Below are positions 20,801-29,801 of a DNA stretch of 64,000 nucleotides, in pieces. The notes under the pieces are model-generated. The model was not told where the DNA came from. It worked only from the letters and a program-made list of their open reading frames with translations, and did no database searches. The position numbers were made by a program, and so were the translations under genes. Origin of the DNA: a virus (taxonomy: Duplodnaviria > Caudoviricetes). Location: positions 1 to 64,000 of IMG/VR virus record IMGVR_UViG_2885633469_000002, one strand, 5' to 3'. Numbering within the stretch: the first letter of the stretch is position 1; every line of letters begins with the position of its first letter.

Positions 20801-21199
20801 GATATAAAGAATTTTCTTGAGAATAATAATGAAACATTCACTCTATTAGTGGATGTTTATAGACAATACAAAGAAACGATAAAGACGAAAGATATAGTAA
20901 AAGAAGCACTAAACCCAGATGCTTATACTTGGAATGCTTATAGAAAAGATAAGGCTAAAGATAAAGTAAGTAAAACTTTTGTAAAATACTATGATAGCAA
21001 ATATTATGGATTGTCAGAATGGTCAGATGAAATTCATAAGCAATACTTTTTGGATGCTATAGATGAATACACAGTAAATAGTCCTAATGAAAAGAAGGCA
21101 AAGGATATATTAAAGCTGTTTAAAGATTTAGATATAGAAGATAAGGAAGACTATATAGATGTTATTGAAGACAAGATAATATCTACCCAAAATCACTAA
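17900..21199 (+). CDS. large N6-adenine DNA methyltransferase (Eco57I/type IIG-like M + TRD)
   Basis: LNKILFVRI, ILGDVYE, GQFYTP, DISCGSGHFL, IVGNPPY, TaqI-C-like TRD (KIIYRQTA, LLNS). Confidence 0.88.
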   Translation: MDIENTVDKVQLISELKNIHSELFKVYRKLFDFKYKYDENFKLFIEKEYKEKGITSKGKKAWNDNFCHRASYTLLNKILFVRICKDKGFIQCTSDYICNLVSNYTLGELIKFAFDDMKKSYKNINLYKKDDYEILNFKDEVFNLMYIEGDKGTKELVLEFEKLLNSIIEKLDTNKFNFKYTDGNILGDVYEKFMDKETRKAIGQFYTPEFVIKYILKNTVEEADVVEKPFVTVADISCGSGHFLIMAYDILREKFLGNLDVLKEKYADEIYTIKKDGKEIELTGKEYWVKEYIHYHILKHCIYGADIDSFAVQLTTINLLLKDLDNFTDELNIIECDSLIKWEEDYDWKDLKKQLKDKYVTKTCVSEDFFGNKEEFLRTEENQENFNLKYKDISGVQKEKGINREEAKEILQLCKFWSNRFDYIVGNPPYIGFGNKIDKKYIENKYECFMGKSDIFIAFIELAYNKLKLKGDCGLIFPVTFLNHPNNENIRKKIIEDTKIKNIVNLGEKVFEDVRKNTMLLIFKKERIDENYLCTTQDISKIKRINDKESDLFSNNGCKKVQQSIFKQMPLMILDTFLEESLIILFLDIYKNNSKIVDIGKALDAGIDYNKKSVSEKVFYKGEKSNINDHEILSGKNINKFVTYSADKYLLENYKEEIQKGEYIKVNEDVYELESKIIYRQTADRIIATIDDGRRYFDKSVHAIRINDITLNNKYIACLLNSSLFKFFYDIFAGGEIRCHSDFPQVKTIFVDNLPIKLNISKKTVKLIDQLINKIFEEQNNLINLKLQDFYISNYIEFEENKLDIELNILYLTIISDLIVYDIYEVDCSVRLKILKSIDKEESTKMVEDIIKRKSIKINYDNYFESLKESVDYQIKESIDEVMEIITPEKLIYEHIQNRKDIDKISQEYGINSTILKLVRKKYSQEQFSNYPLKFYSLKEFCNVINNYLRKIIIIELKKKKSVNDLDDIKNFLENNNETFTLLVDVYRQYKETIKTKDIVKEALNPDAYTWNAYRKDKAKDKVSKTFVKYYDSKYYGLSEWSDEIHKQYFLDAIDEYTVNSPNEKKAKDILKLFKDLDIEDKEDYIDVIEDKIISTQNH

Positions 21200-21353
21200 A
21201 TTATATAATTTTGAAACCTCTGCAAATGGCTTAAATTAAGTAATATGATTGTCAATAATGGAGGAAAATACTTTAAAAATTAAAAAGAAGTTGCAAATTT
21301 ATCTAAACAACAATAAATAAAATGATAATATTATAAGAAAGTGAGGAATATAT

Positions 21354-21635
21354 ATGGAGTGTTTGTATTGTAATGCTGAATTAGAATGGCAAGATAGTTA
21401 TGGGAATTATGATTATATATGTCATGGAGATATAAATGGAAAAGCAGGAGATATTTATAGATGTCCTAATTGTGAAGGATTCGACGATAAAGAAACGGCT
21501 ATTCAATATGCAAAAGACAATGACATAGGGTATCAAGATTGGGAAGAAATTTGTTGTGATAGTAACTATCATAGTGTATGTGGTGGTTTTTATACTGATA
21601 AACAAGAAAATCTATATGAAGGCTATCTATGTTAA
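21354..21635 (+). CDS. Cys-rich hypothetical protein
   Basis: CLYC...CPNC; GAGG RBS. Confidence 0.7.
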   Translation: MECLYCNAELEWQDSYGNYDYICHGDINGKAGDIYRCPNCEGFDDKETAIQYAKDNDIGYQDWEEICCDSNYHSVCGGFYTDKQENLYEGYLC

Positions 21636-21689
21636 AATGTTAGATAATAAAAAATAATCTAATAGTAAAATATAAGGAGTGACTATATT

Positions 21690-21857
21690 ATGAATATAAA
21701 TAAATACATAAAGATTATAAAAAAACATATACCAAAAATAAGTGATGTACAAGCTATGGAACTTATAGAAAAAACTAATTACAAATATGATATAGATAAA
21801 GAAATTATAGAACAATTAAAACATAATATAAAACAATTTAAGAAAGGTGGTAAATAA
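21690..21857 (+). CDS. small hypothetical protein (55 aa)
   Basis: AAGGAGTG RBS; MNINKYIKIIKKHIPKISDVQAME...; read by hand. Confidence 0.55.
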   Translation: MNINKYIKIIKKHIPKISDVQAMELIEKTNYKYDIDKEIIEQLKHNIKQFKKGGK

Positions 21858-21861
21858 TTAA

Positions 21862-22431
21862 ATGAAAAAAATATTTATTATAAGTGGCAAAGCAAGAAAT
21901 GGAAAAGATTCTACGTATGAAATCATGAAAAAACACTTAGAGTATTACAATGAAAAATGTTTAAGAGTGGCTTATGGAGATTGTGTAAAATTCATAGCAA
22001 AACAATATTTTGGATGGGGTGGTACGAAAAATGAAAAGGGAAGACAGCTTTTACAATATATTGGGACTGACTTAGTTAGACAAAAACTAAATAAACCTAA
22101 CTATTGGGTAGATAGAGTTATAGATACTATAAGAATAGTAGGGGATGAATATAATTATATATTTATTACAGATGCCAGATTCCCTAATGAAATAGAATTA
22201 GTCAAACAAGCATTCCCTACCATGGTAGAAACAATAAGAGTAAGTAGAAAAAACTTCATTAGTCCTTTAACTAAAAAACAGCAAATGCATATATCTGAAA
22301 TTGCTTTGGATGATTATACGTTCGACCATTACATAGAATCTGAAAATGGATTAAATAATTTAGAAACCAAAATATTAGATACTTTTAAATTTATTAAACC
22401 TATGAAAAACTATGAAATAGGGGATTTATAA
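21862..22431 (+). CDS. deoxynucleoside monophosphate kinase (phage P-loop)
   Basis: ISGKARNGKDS, RQLLQYIGTD, ITDARFPNE, HISE..LD. Confidence 0.85.
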   Translation: MKKIFIISGKARNGKDSTYEIMKKHLEYYNEKCLRVAYGDCVKFIAKQYFGWGGTKNEKGRQLLQYIGTDLVRQKLNKPNYWVDRVIDTIRIVGDEYNYIFITDARFPNEIELVKQAFPTMVETIRVSRKNFISPLTKKQQMHISEIALDDYTFDHYIESENGLNNLETKILDTFKFIKPMKNYEIGDL

Positions 22432-22444
22432 AATAAAACAAATT

Positions 22445-22600
22445 AATGATCCTAAGAAGGCTAACCACTTAATAGAGTGCATAGGGCAAACAACTGAAAT
22501 AAGAAAAAAGGTAATAGCTGATTTACCAGAATTAGAAAAATACTTAGTTCCACATTGTAAATACCTATTATGGTGTCCTGAAGATAAGTTATTTGAATAA
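22445..22600 (+). pseudogene. probable thyX C-terminal remnant
   Basis: Start-less frame ...TEIRKKVIADLPELEKYLVPHCKYLLWCPEDK* resembles the ThyX tail (EIR...P.L...LvP.C....CPE). Confidence 0.45.
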
Positions 22601-22640
22601 TTAATAATATAAAATAATTTAATAATATTCCAACAAAGGA

Positions 22641-23252
22641 GTGATATATATCGGTAACGCTAAGCAAGTATTAAAATTGATATGTAAAGATTTTATAAGT
22701 GTAAATCATTATATGTCATATAGATCGGTTAAGAAGGGCAAGTTTAATATGGTTATGGCATATAAACCTAAAACAACTAAGGACTTTGAAAAATCTTTTG
22801 GTGAATATGTCAAGCAAGAAATTAAAAAACAAGGATGGATTAAACCACCTAAAGATAAATTTATAAATTTAGATACTGTTTTTTATTTTCCTAGAGTAGA
22901 TATGGATGCACAGAACTTTTTCAAATCGTTAAGTGATATTTTAACATCTAGTGGTGTTTGGGAAGACGATAATATTGTCTTAGAAAAAGTACATAGAATT
23001 TATTATGATAGTGAAAACCCTAGAATAGAATTAAATGTAACCGTATCAGATCACATAGGTATATTTGATAATCAAGAAGATTATAAAAATTTCATAAATA
23101 CATATTGCAACAATTGTAAAAAAGGAAATAAAATAGGACAAAAGGGTGGCTGTTCTATATATAAAAAAATATTAGAAAGTAGAATTATTGATGACATAGA
23201 AATTAATTTTAACACCGGAGAAAAGAAGTGCTTAAAATTTAAACAAAAATAA
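22641..23252 (+). CDS. rusA: RusA-family Holliday junction resolvase
   Basis: SVNH, DAQNFFKSLSD, WEDDNIV, NPRIE. Confidence 0.85.
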   Translation: MIYIGNAKQVLKLICKDFISVNHYMSYRSVKKGKFNMVMAYKPKTTKDFEKSFGEYVKQEIKKQGWIKPPKDKFINLDTVFYFPRVDMDAQNFFKSLSDILTSSGVWEDDNIVLEKVHRIYYDSENPRIELNVTVSDHIGIFDNQEDYKNFINTYCNNCKKGNKIGQKGGCSIYKKILESRIIDDIEINFNTGEKKCLKFKQK

Positions 23253-23348
23253 ATGAATTACATATTTAATATTTAAAAATGACTATGTTTTGGTTATAAT
23301 GACTAATATATGGTCATTTTTAAATATTAAAAGAAAGGATTTTTTAAA

Positions 23349-24806
23349 ATGGAAATTAACTTGATACCGTTTGTTGCTGAAGCACTAAGTGTAAATAAAA
23401 GAATATATAAAGATATCGATAAGATTTATAATAACGATAAATTAAAATTTATTAAATTAGCTAAGCATAACGAGTTTTACAATCACGTTATGAGTCAAGA
23501 AGGTAATGTTGAGCAAGAATATTATTTTAAAAAAGTATTAGGTATATTAGAAGGTACAAATTTTGATGAAGATGTATTAGAGGGTGTGTTATTGATATTA
23601 AAAAAAGGCTGGAGATATACTTATACTTATGTTTGTAATCATAGTCAAGTAAACGTCAGTATTTTCTTAAATAGATTGATTAAAAAATATAAAGGCATCG
23701 ATAATTTATCTGATGATGAACTTAACTCTAATGTGATAGTATTATTGATATTATCTACATATTTTGAAAAAGAAATCAACAGAGAAGATGAGATGTATAA
23801 TACTTATATTAATTCTTGTGCTATGAGATTAGAACATTATAAAAATTTTAATAGAATTAATTTAAATAATATTACTAAAGAGCAAAAGGAATTGATTAAT
23901 AAATTAGAATTAAAATTAAAAGCACATGAAAAAATTTCTCCTATTACACCTTCTTCACACAGATTAGATATAGACAAACAAAAAGGACTACTAGTAGATA
24001 TCTCTAAATTAACAAAAGATGATAAGAATTTTTTACCTTTTGAGTATATTGGAGAACTGGAAAATATTTCATTGATAAGCATTATAGGCGATGATTACTT
24101 TAAACAAAGAGATATTCAAGAATTAATTTATACTTATAGTCAATTTCAAAATGAAGAAACTATAAACTATGATGACTTTTTTAGATATATATATCCGGCT
24201 ATTGAACTAAGGTATTTATATAGAGAATATAGAAATGCCAAAAAATATTTTTTTGAAAACTTTGATGAAGAATTATATAATGAAATAAGTAACAAAGAAA
24301 TTGAAAATAAAGAAATTAAAAAGAATAATATTATATTACAAGATGAAAACGAAAAATTGAAATTAGAATTGGAAAAATTAGAAAAAGAAAATAAAAAACT
24401 AAAATTAGAAATTAATAAAAGAGAAGATTATAAATCTGAAATAATACCTTTAAGGGAATTTATTTTTAACTTAGATGATATCGAAGACTATAAAACAGAA
24501 ATGTTAGACTATAATAAGTTGAAATCACTAAACGCAATAATTGTAGGAGGACATCCTAAGTGGCAAAATAAAATGAAAGAATATTTGCCTAATTGTAAAT
24601 TTATAAGCATCGATATGCTTCAATTCGATACAAAAATAATTAATAGTGTAGATGTAGTATTTATATATACTAATTATTTAAATCATGCAATGTATTATAA
24701 AATTATAAATATAATCAGAGAGAAGGGATTACGATTAGAGTATTTGAAAAGTAATATTAATATTGAAATTATTTTAAATCAAATTTATAATTTTATAAAA
24801 GAATAA
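23349..24806 (+). CDS. DUF2325-like domain protein with coiled coil (moron)
   Basis: C-terminal IIVGGH.KW...T.YLNHAMYYK preceded by a coiled coil; own promoter region. Confidence 0.7.
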   Translation: MEINLIPFVAEALSVNKRIYKDIDKIYNNDKLKFIKLAKHNEFYNHVMSQEGNVEQEYYFKKVLGILEGTNFDEDVLEGVLLILKKGWRYTYTYVCNHSQVNVSIFLNRLIKKYKGIDNLSDDELNSNVIVLLILSTYFEKEINREDEMYNTYINSCAMRLEHYKNFNRINLNNITKEQKELINKLELKLKAHEKISPITPSSHRLDIDKQKGLLVDISKLTKDDKNFLPFEYIGELENISLISIIGDDYFKQRDIQELIYTYSQFQNEETINYDDFFRYIYPAIELRYLYREYRNAKKYFFENFDEELYNEISNKEIENKEIKKNNIILQDENEKLKLELEKLEKENKKLKLEINKREDYKSEIIPLREFIFNLDDIEDYKTEMLDYNKLKSLNAIIVGGHPKWQNKMKEYLPNCKFISIDMLQFDTKIINSVDVVFIYTNYLNHAMYYKIINIIREKGLRLEYLKSNINIEIILNQIYNFIKE

Positions 24807-24819
24807 TATTGGTTATATT

Positions 24820-24848
24820 TTGACATTTTACTAAAGATATTGTATAAT
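24820..24848 (+). promoter_or_regulatory. consensus sigma-A promoter with no downstream + ORF
   Basis: TTGACA (24820-25), 17 bp, TATAAT (24843-48). Confidence 0.7.
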
Positions 24849-24976
24849 TAAGGGACTAATTATATTATATTGTATATAATACCAAAACTATAAAAAGTAA
24901 TATTTTCAACCCCATTGGACTTATTCTTCTTTTCTATAGTTTTGGTTTATATAATTTATTTTTATTAAGTATATAA

Positions 24977-25204
24977 TTATTTTGTTTTATCTAATAGTTG
25001 CAACAATGATTCTATTTTTCTTATAGTATCTTCTTTTCCCTTTATATATCCTTTAGAAAAATCAAAAGTATGTGTATTATGGAATTCTGTATGTGTGTCT
25101 TGTAAATCTTTATATAGTATTTGCATAACTTGAGTTTTAGTTATATGGGTATTAGGAAGATTAATTTTCTCAATATTTATTTTATTATTGTCCATTAAAT
25201 TCAC
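24977..25204 (-). CDS. hypothetical protein
   Basis: AAGAGGG RBS; last gene of the - arm. Confidence 0.6.
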   Translation of the reverse strand: MNLMDNNKINIEKINLPNTHITKTQVMQILYKDLQDTHTEFHNTHTFDFSKGYIKGKEDTIRKIESLLQLLDKTK

Positions 25205-25318
25205 CCTCTTTTGTAAACGTTTAATTTTGCTGTTGGTTTAGAATAAAAAAAATGAATAAGTTAAATATTCTACTATAAATTTATTTATTTGTTCTTAAAT
25301 ATTTAAATATAGTGAAAT

Positions 25319-26338
25319 TTATTTTATGTTAGATAAATTCTTAATTTGATTTTTGATCTCGTCTCTAATTTCTGTAGAAGATTTCGGCTTTTGGTAAAAT
25401 GATAAAGTCGTTGAAATATCTTTATGATTTAAGTATCGGCTAACTAGGCTAGGGTCTATTCCAGTATCTAGCAAACTATTACTTTTTGTTTTGCGGATAC
25501 AATGTGCATGAAAGTCATCTAATCCTATTATAGTACCAATCTTTTTTATTCTTCTTTGTAGAGTTCCTTTAGTCATTTTATTATATTTCCCATCATATCT
25601 TGATATAAACAATGCATCTATTTCAAGATTATCCATATGTTCTTTTCTATATTCTAACCATTTTAAAATTAATTCTTTTGTATTTTCATTGAAACTTACA
25701 TCTACTATATAACCTTCTTTTTCACGAATATTTTTAAAGCAACAATTGTCTAAATCTAATTGAGATAAAGTCAATCTATTTAATGCTCCAATTCTATTAG
25801 CACTATCTAAAGCTACATTCCATAATACCAAGTCTAATAAATCAAATTTATTACCTTTATTTTCTATTAATCCTTTATTGATTTGTCTTACCTGTTCTTC
25901 TGTTAAGAAATAAGCATTTATAATTTTTTCTTCCCTTGCTCCTTTCATTCTTTCTAATCTTTTGTCAAACGGATGAAATTCTATATGTCTTCTTCTCATA
26001 CTCCATAAATAAAAACTAGAAACAGCAGATATTTTTGTATTTATTACTTTTTTATTGTTTTTTAAAGTATCTTGACAAAATAATATAAAACCTTCCATTA
26101 TGTCTATTGCATTTTCCATAAAATCTGCATCATATAAATCAACATTATCCCATTCTTCTGCTAGATACACTAAAAAATGTTGCATATAATTTTTGTATAC
26201 CTTGTATGTAGTATTTTTAACATCTTTATTTTTGATTATATTGCTTCTTAAATACTTTTCATATTTATCCCAATTACTTTTACTAATTAAATCTAATTTT
26301 TCTTTGGTAAAATATTTAATTCTTTTAACTTTAGCCAT
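25319..26338 (-). CDS. tyrosine recombinase/integrase family protein
   Basis: ANRIGAL (R), EKEG (K), HCIRKT (HxxR), LNHKDISTTLSFY (H, Y). Confidence 0.9.
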   Translation of the reverse strand: MAKVKRIKYFTKEKLDLISKSNWDKYEKYLRSNIIKNKDVKNTTYKVYKNYMQHFLVYLAEEWDNVDLYDADFMENAIDIMEGFILFCQDTLKNNKKVINTKISAVSSFYLWSMRRRHIEFHPFDKRLERMKGAREEKIINAYFLTEEQVRQINKGLIENKGNKFDLLDLVLWNVALDSANRIGALNRLTLSQLDLDNCCFKNIREKEGYIVDVSFNENTKELILKWLEYRKEHMDNLEIDALFISRYDGKYNKMTKGTLQRRIKKIGTIIGLDDFHAHCIRKTKSNSLLDTGIDPSLVSRYLNHKDISTTLSFYQKPKSSTEIRDEIKNQIKNLSNIK

Positions 26339-26514
26339 ATATTTTCCTCCTTGTAAAATAACATAATTATTAAATTGTTTTTAAATTAAAATCGTACTAA
26401 TAAATTCCCAATCTAAAGTATCTTGTCCATTCTTCTAAAGCATTTTCTAATTTGCCATTTTCATCAAATATAAATATTGCATTTTATCATCACTTTTATT
26501 AAAAATACAAAATA

Positions 26515-26540
26515 AAAAAAAGAGTAGGCATTACCTACTC
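26515..26540 (-). terminator. intrinsic terminator
   Basis: GAGTAGG/CCTACTC hairpin followed by a T-run on the - strand. Confidence 0.7.
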
Positions 26541-26566
26541 AAAATCATTAAGTTTTATATTAAACT

Positions 26567-27427
26567 TTAAATATTATTAATTATATCTAATAATTCTTTT
26601 TTTGTTTTACGAGTATAAATTCGTGTGGTATTAATATTCTCGTGTCCCACAATATCAGCAATAGAATCTAAAGGAATATCTTTGTCAACTAAATCCTTAC
26701 AAAATTTATGTCTTAAATTATGTGCATGTCCTTTTGATTTTTTTACTCTTGCTTGTCCAGTATAGTATTTTATAATTTTATCTACTGTCTGTCTTGTAAT
26801 AGCTCCCTTTTGACCTGTAAAGAGCATTTCACTTTTATCAATCCTAACTGCAACATATTGTTGCCAGACTAATTTTAATTTTTCTGATATAAAAACATTT
26901 CTATATTTATTGCCTTTACCACATATAATAATAGTATCCTTGTCAATATCATGTTTTGTCAATTGTAGCATTTCACTAACTCTCATTCCAGTTAGACGCA
27001 ATGTCATGATTATTGCTTTTGCACGCAAATCATTTTTCTTATTAATAGCCCTTAAAATTCTTTCTAAATCAGAAGATGAGAATATATCATCTAAAAAGTT
27101 TTGACTCTGAACCTTTTCTTGTTTTATATCTACCGCAATACCATTAAATTTTAAATATTGATTAATTGCTACTAACTTTTTATTAAGTGTTTTTATACTT
27201 AATTCTAATTCTTTAATTATAAATACTTTATAATTATCTATATCATCATTTGTAATATCTTTTAATTGCTTATCTTTAAAATAAAATAAGAAGTGTTTGA
27301 TATCTCTAATGTATACTTCTATAGTTTTTTCACTTTTTCTATTTTTCAATAAATGTTTTTTAAACTGATTTAATTGATAATCCATAAATATCACCCTAAG
27401 TATTTTATTTTGACAACATATGTACAA
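26567..27427 (-). CDS. XerC/D-like tyrosine recombinase (likely start 27385)
   Basis: TGMRVSE, GKGNKYR, HNLRH, GHENINTTRIY. Confidence 0.92.
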   Translation of the reverse strand: MYICCQNKILRVIFMDYQLNQFKKHLLKNRKSEKTIEVYIRDIKHFLFYFKDKQLKDITNDDIDNYKVFIIKELELSIKTLNKKLVAINQYLKFNGIAVDIKQEKVQSQNFLDDIFSSSDLERILRAINKKNDLRAKAIIMTLRLTGMRVSEMLQLTKHDIDKDTIIICGKGNKYRNVFISEKLKLVWQQYVAVRIDKSEMLFTGQKGAITRQTVDKIIKYYTGQARVKKSKGHAHNLRHKFCKDLVDKDIPLDSIADIVGHENINTTRIYTRKTKKELLDIINNI

Positions 27428-27818
27428 GGCTTGATATTATTATATCATAGAGTATTAAAAAAAACACTACAAAATATACATTCTGTCACATATTTGTTTG
27501 TTGACAAAGTCGATTTGCAACTTTTTAGAAGATTTCAATAAAACACTATTTTTATTAAATTATTGTGCTGGTTTAAATCTAAAACTAAATTTTAATACAA
27601 TATACCAATATAAAAACATGATTGAATAAATTTTAAAATTATATTTTTTAACAGAATCGATATATTATTTTTACTTATATTTTTTAGTTTTTGATTCACT
27701 TATAAATAAATGAATATTAAAATGTAAATAATAATTAAACATTCATTTCATAAAACAGATAGGGGGTATACCTATCCATTTTATACTTTATAGAAACCCG
27801 ATAACTATGTGTGGTGCT

Positions 27819-28202
27819 TTAATCAAATTCTTTAGTATCTGAGGCTATATTTGATTTTTCTACTATTGGTGTATTATAGAAATTGTTTATAGTTTGTATA
27901 TCATCATCTTTCTTTTTATTGTTATTTAACATATTAGGAAAATCGTGTGATGCAATTGCACTTAATCCAACAAATATACCATTCATAAACATTATGTATA
28001 AATCTTTCACCATAAAGCAATCATTTACTAAATGTCCAAAAATAACAGTTAATATACCTACTATAATTGCTATAAATTTAGTAGGTATATTTTTTACAAA
28101 CTTAATTTCTTTAATTAACTGAGTTAATGTGAAACAAATCATAATGCAACACATAGGTTGAATTAACATTTCCCTAGTAATAAAACCATTCATTATATCC
28201 AT
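27819..28202 (-). CDS. holin
   Basis: Three TM segments, LTQLIKE...IPTKF, NGIFVGLSAIASHD; next to the endolysin. Confidence 0.75.
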   Translation of the reverse strand: MDIMNGFITREMLIQPMCCIMICFTLTQLIKEIKFVKNIPTKFIAIIVGILTVIFGHLVNDCFMVKDLYIMFMNGIFVGLSAIASHDFPNMLNNNKKKDDDIQTINNFYNTPIVEKSNIASDTKEFD

Positions 28203-28243
28203 ATAAACATCTCCTTAATTAAATTATTTTATATTATGATAAT

Positions 28244-29239
28244 TTACTTTATTTTTTTAATATAATCAACCACAGCTTGTGCAGTATCAAATCTACCACC
28301 GTTGGAAATTAAAATAGTATTAGATATAGGCTTTTCACTTCCACCTACCATATAAATTTTTCCCACATTTTTCTTTAAATTTGAATTGACTTTAAAATCT
28401 GCCAAACTTAAAACTGGTAGCTTTAATTTGTCTCTTAATAAATTAGCACCATACTCATCAACTGAACCAAAATATAATATTAAATCCATTTTCTTTTCCT
28501 CCTTTTTTATCGGCTTATTAAGTTTTTGAACTATATTATCAGATATGTTATATAAATTTACATATTTTTTACTAATAAAACCTCCATGTGGCGGGTAATA
28601 GATGTGAATCCAATCTCCTTCAACTTTATATACTTCAACTGATTTATTATTAGGCAATACACCTAAAATTTTAGAAGAAGTAGACTTTTTCTCTCTAACA
28701 TTTAATGCACTAGCTGTAACCACTGCTGTTGGCTTAGATGGTGATGGATTTGGACTGGAAACGCTACTACCTAGTTGTGATTTAAACCAATTCCATTTTG
28801 CCCAATTATTCGAACTCATACTGCCAGGACATTTTTTTCTACTTGCATCATAGTGCCTTACCACTTTATTGATAGGAATACCAAATTGTTTCATCTTATA
28901 TTTAACTAAATCTATTGTATTAGAAATAGTCTTATTATAATCACCATCAGAATTTATACAAATTTCAATTCCAATTGAGTTTCCGTTGGAGATACCATAC
29001 ATTCCGCCTCCATCACCGCAATGCCAACTTTTATTCCAATCTTCTATGATTTGTATAATATTGTTACCATCTACAAAATAATGTGCAGAAGATTGTCTAT
29101 CTCCTCCATTAAAATAATTATAATGTGCATTTGCATTAGCTCCTCTATCTGTATTACCTGTGTCATGTATAACAATATACTTGACATTATTACCACTGGA
29201 ATAATTGTACTTAATTAGTTTTTTTTTAATCGGTAACAT
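28244..29239 (-). CDS. endolysin: Amidase_2 + SH3b + C-terminal cell-wall-binding domain
   Basis: YIVIHDT, SAHYFVD, WHCG, SIGIEIC, RHYDASRKKCP; LNVRE SH3b; C-terminal VGG...GGRFDTAQAV. Confidence 0.93.
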   Translation of the reverse strand: MLPIKKKLIKYNYSSGNNVKYIVIHDTGNTDRGANANAHYNYFNGGDRQSSAHYFVDGNNIIQIIEDWNKSWHCGDGGGMYGISNGNSIGIEICINSDGDYNKTISNTIDLVKYKMKQFGIPINKVVRHYDASRKKCPGSMSSNNWAKWNWFKSQLGSSVSSPNPSPSKPTAVVTASALNVREKKSTSSKILGVLPNNKSVEVYKVEGDWIHIYYPPHGGFISKKYVNLYNISDNIVQKLNKPIKKEEKKMDLILYFGSVDEYGANLLRDKLKLPVLSLADFKVNSNLKKNVGKIYMVGGSEKPISNTILISNGGRFDTAQAVVDYIKKIK

Positions 29240-29274
29240 TTAATCATATCCTTCCTACACTATATTCCTATAAA

Positions 29275-29508
29275 TTATTTAAGCAATCCATACTGAACCA
29301 TATAAAAAAAGAACCCAAGCAAACCTGATGCTCCAAGTCCTATTAACCATTTGATAGCACTTGTTAATCCTTTTATATTCTCACATAAGTTTTTAATCTC
29401 TATTCTAAATTCTCTACCATCCTGTTCTATTTTATCTAATCTTTTATCATGTTCTTTTAATGTATCTGTATGCTCGTTGATTTTCATTTCCATTACTTCA
29501 GATTTCAT
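29275..29508 (-). CDS. xhlA: XhlA-family lysis membrane protein
   Basis: LKEHDKRLDKIEQ...IKNLCE coiled coil plus C-terminal TM (LLGFFFY). Confidence 0.8.
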   Translation of the reverse strand: MKSEVMEMKINEHTDTLKEHDKRLDKIEQDGREFRIEIKNLCENIKGLTSAIKWLIGLGASGLLGFFFYMVQYGLLK

Positions 29509-29582
29509 ATTAATCACCACCATATATTTATTATAATTTTGTACAAAACAAAAACTCCTAATCTTTACCTAATTAGAAGTTT

Positions 29583-29801
29583 TTAAATAACACTATTAAA
29601 ATACTCTTCTGAAACTTGCAACTGTTTCCTAAGTATTTCTTTCCACATATGATATTTTATTTCACCTGTACCTCTTGATACTTTTGTTTTTAATATTTTA
29701 CCTTTGTTACTTTTTTTTCTGTAATAATAATGGTCAGTACTTTTATATAATTCCCAACCGTCCTTATCACAAAATCTTTTTAATTCTCTCCATTTTGGCA
29801 T
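29583..29801 (-). CDS. HicA-family toxin
   Basis: ELKRFC..DGW...DHYYYRK...TKVSRG..EI....W.EIL.KQL.VSEEYF. Confidence 0.75.
   Translation of the reverse strand: MPKWRELKRFCDKDGWELYKSTDHYYYRKKSNKGKILKTKVSRGTGEIKYHMWKEILRKQLQVSEEYFNSVI

Noticed and set aside
3740-21815. Antisense ORFs in the + arm (3740-4282, 7842-8159, 12781-13059, 13912-14100, 15574-15813, 16718-17350, 18477-18716, 21381-21815)
   Set aside because: Shadow frames of well-supported genes, with no RBS or motifs.
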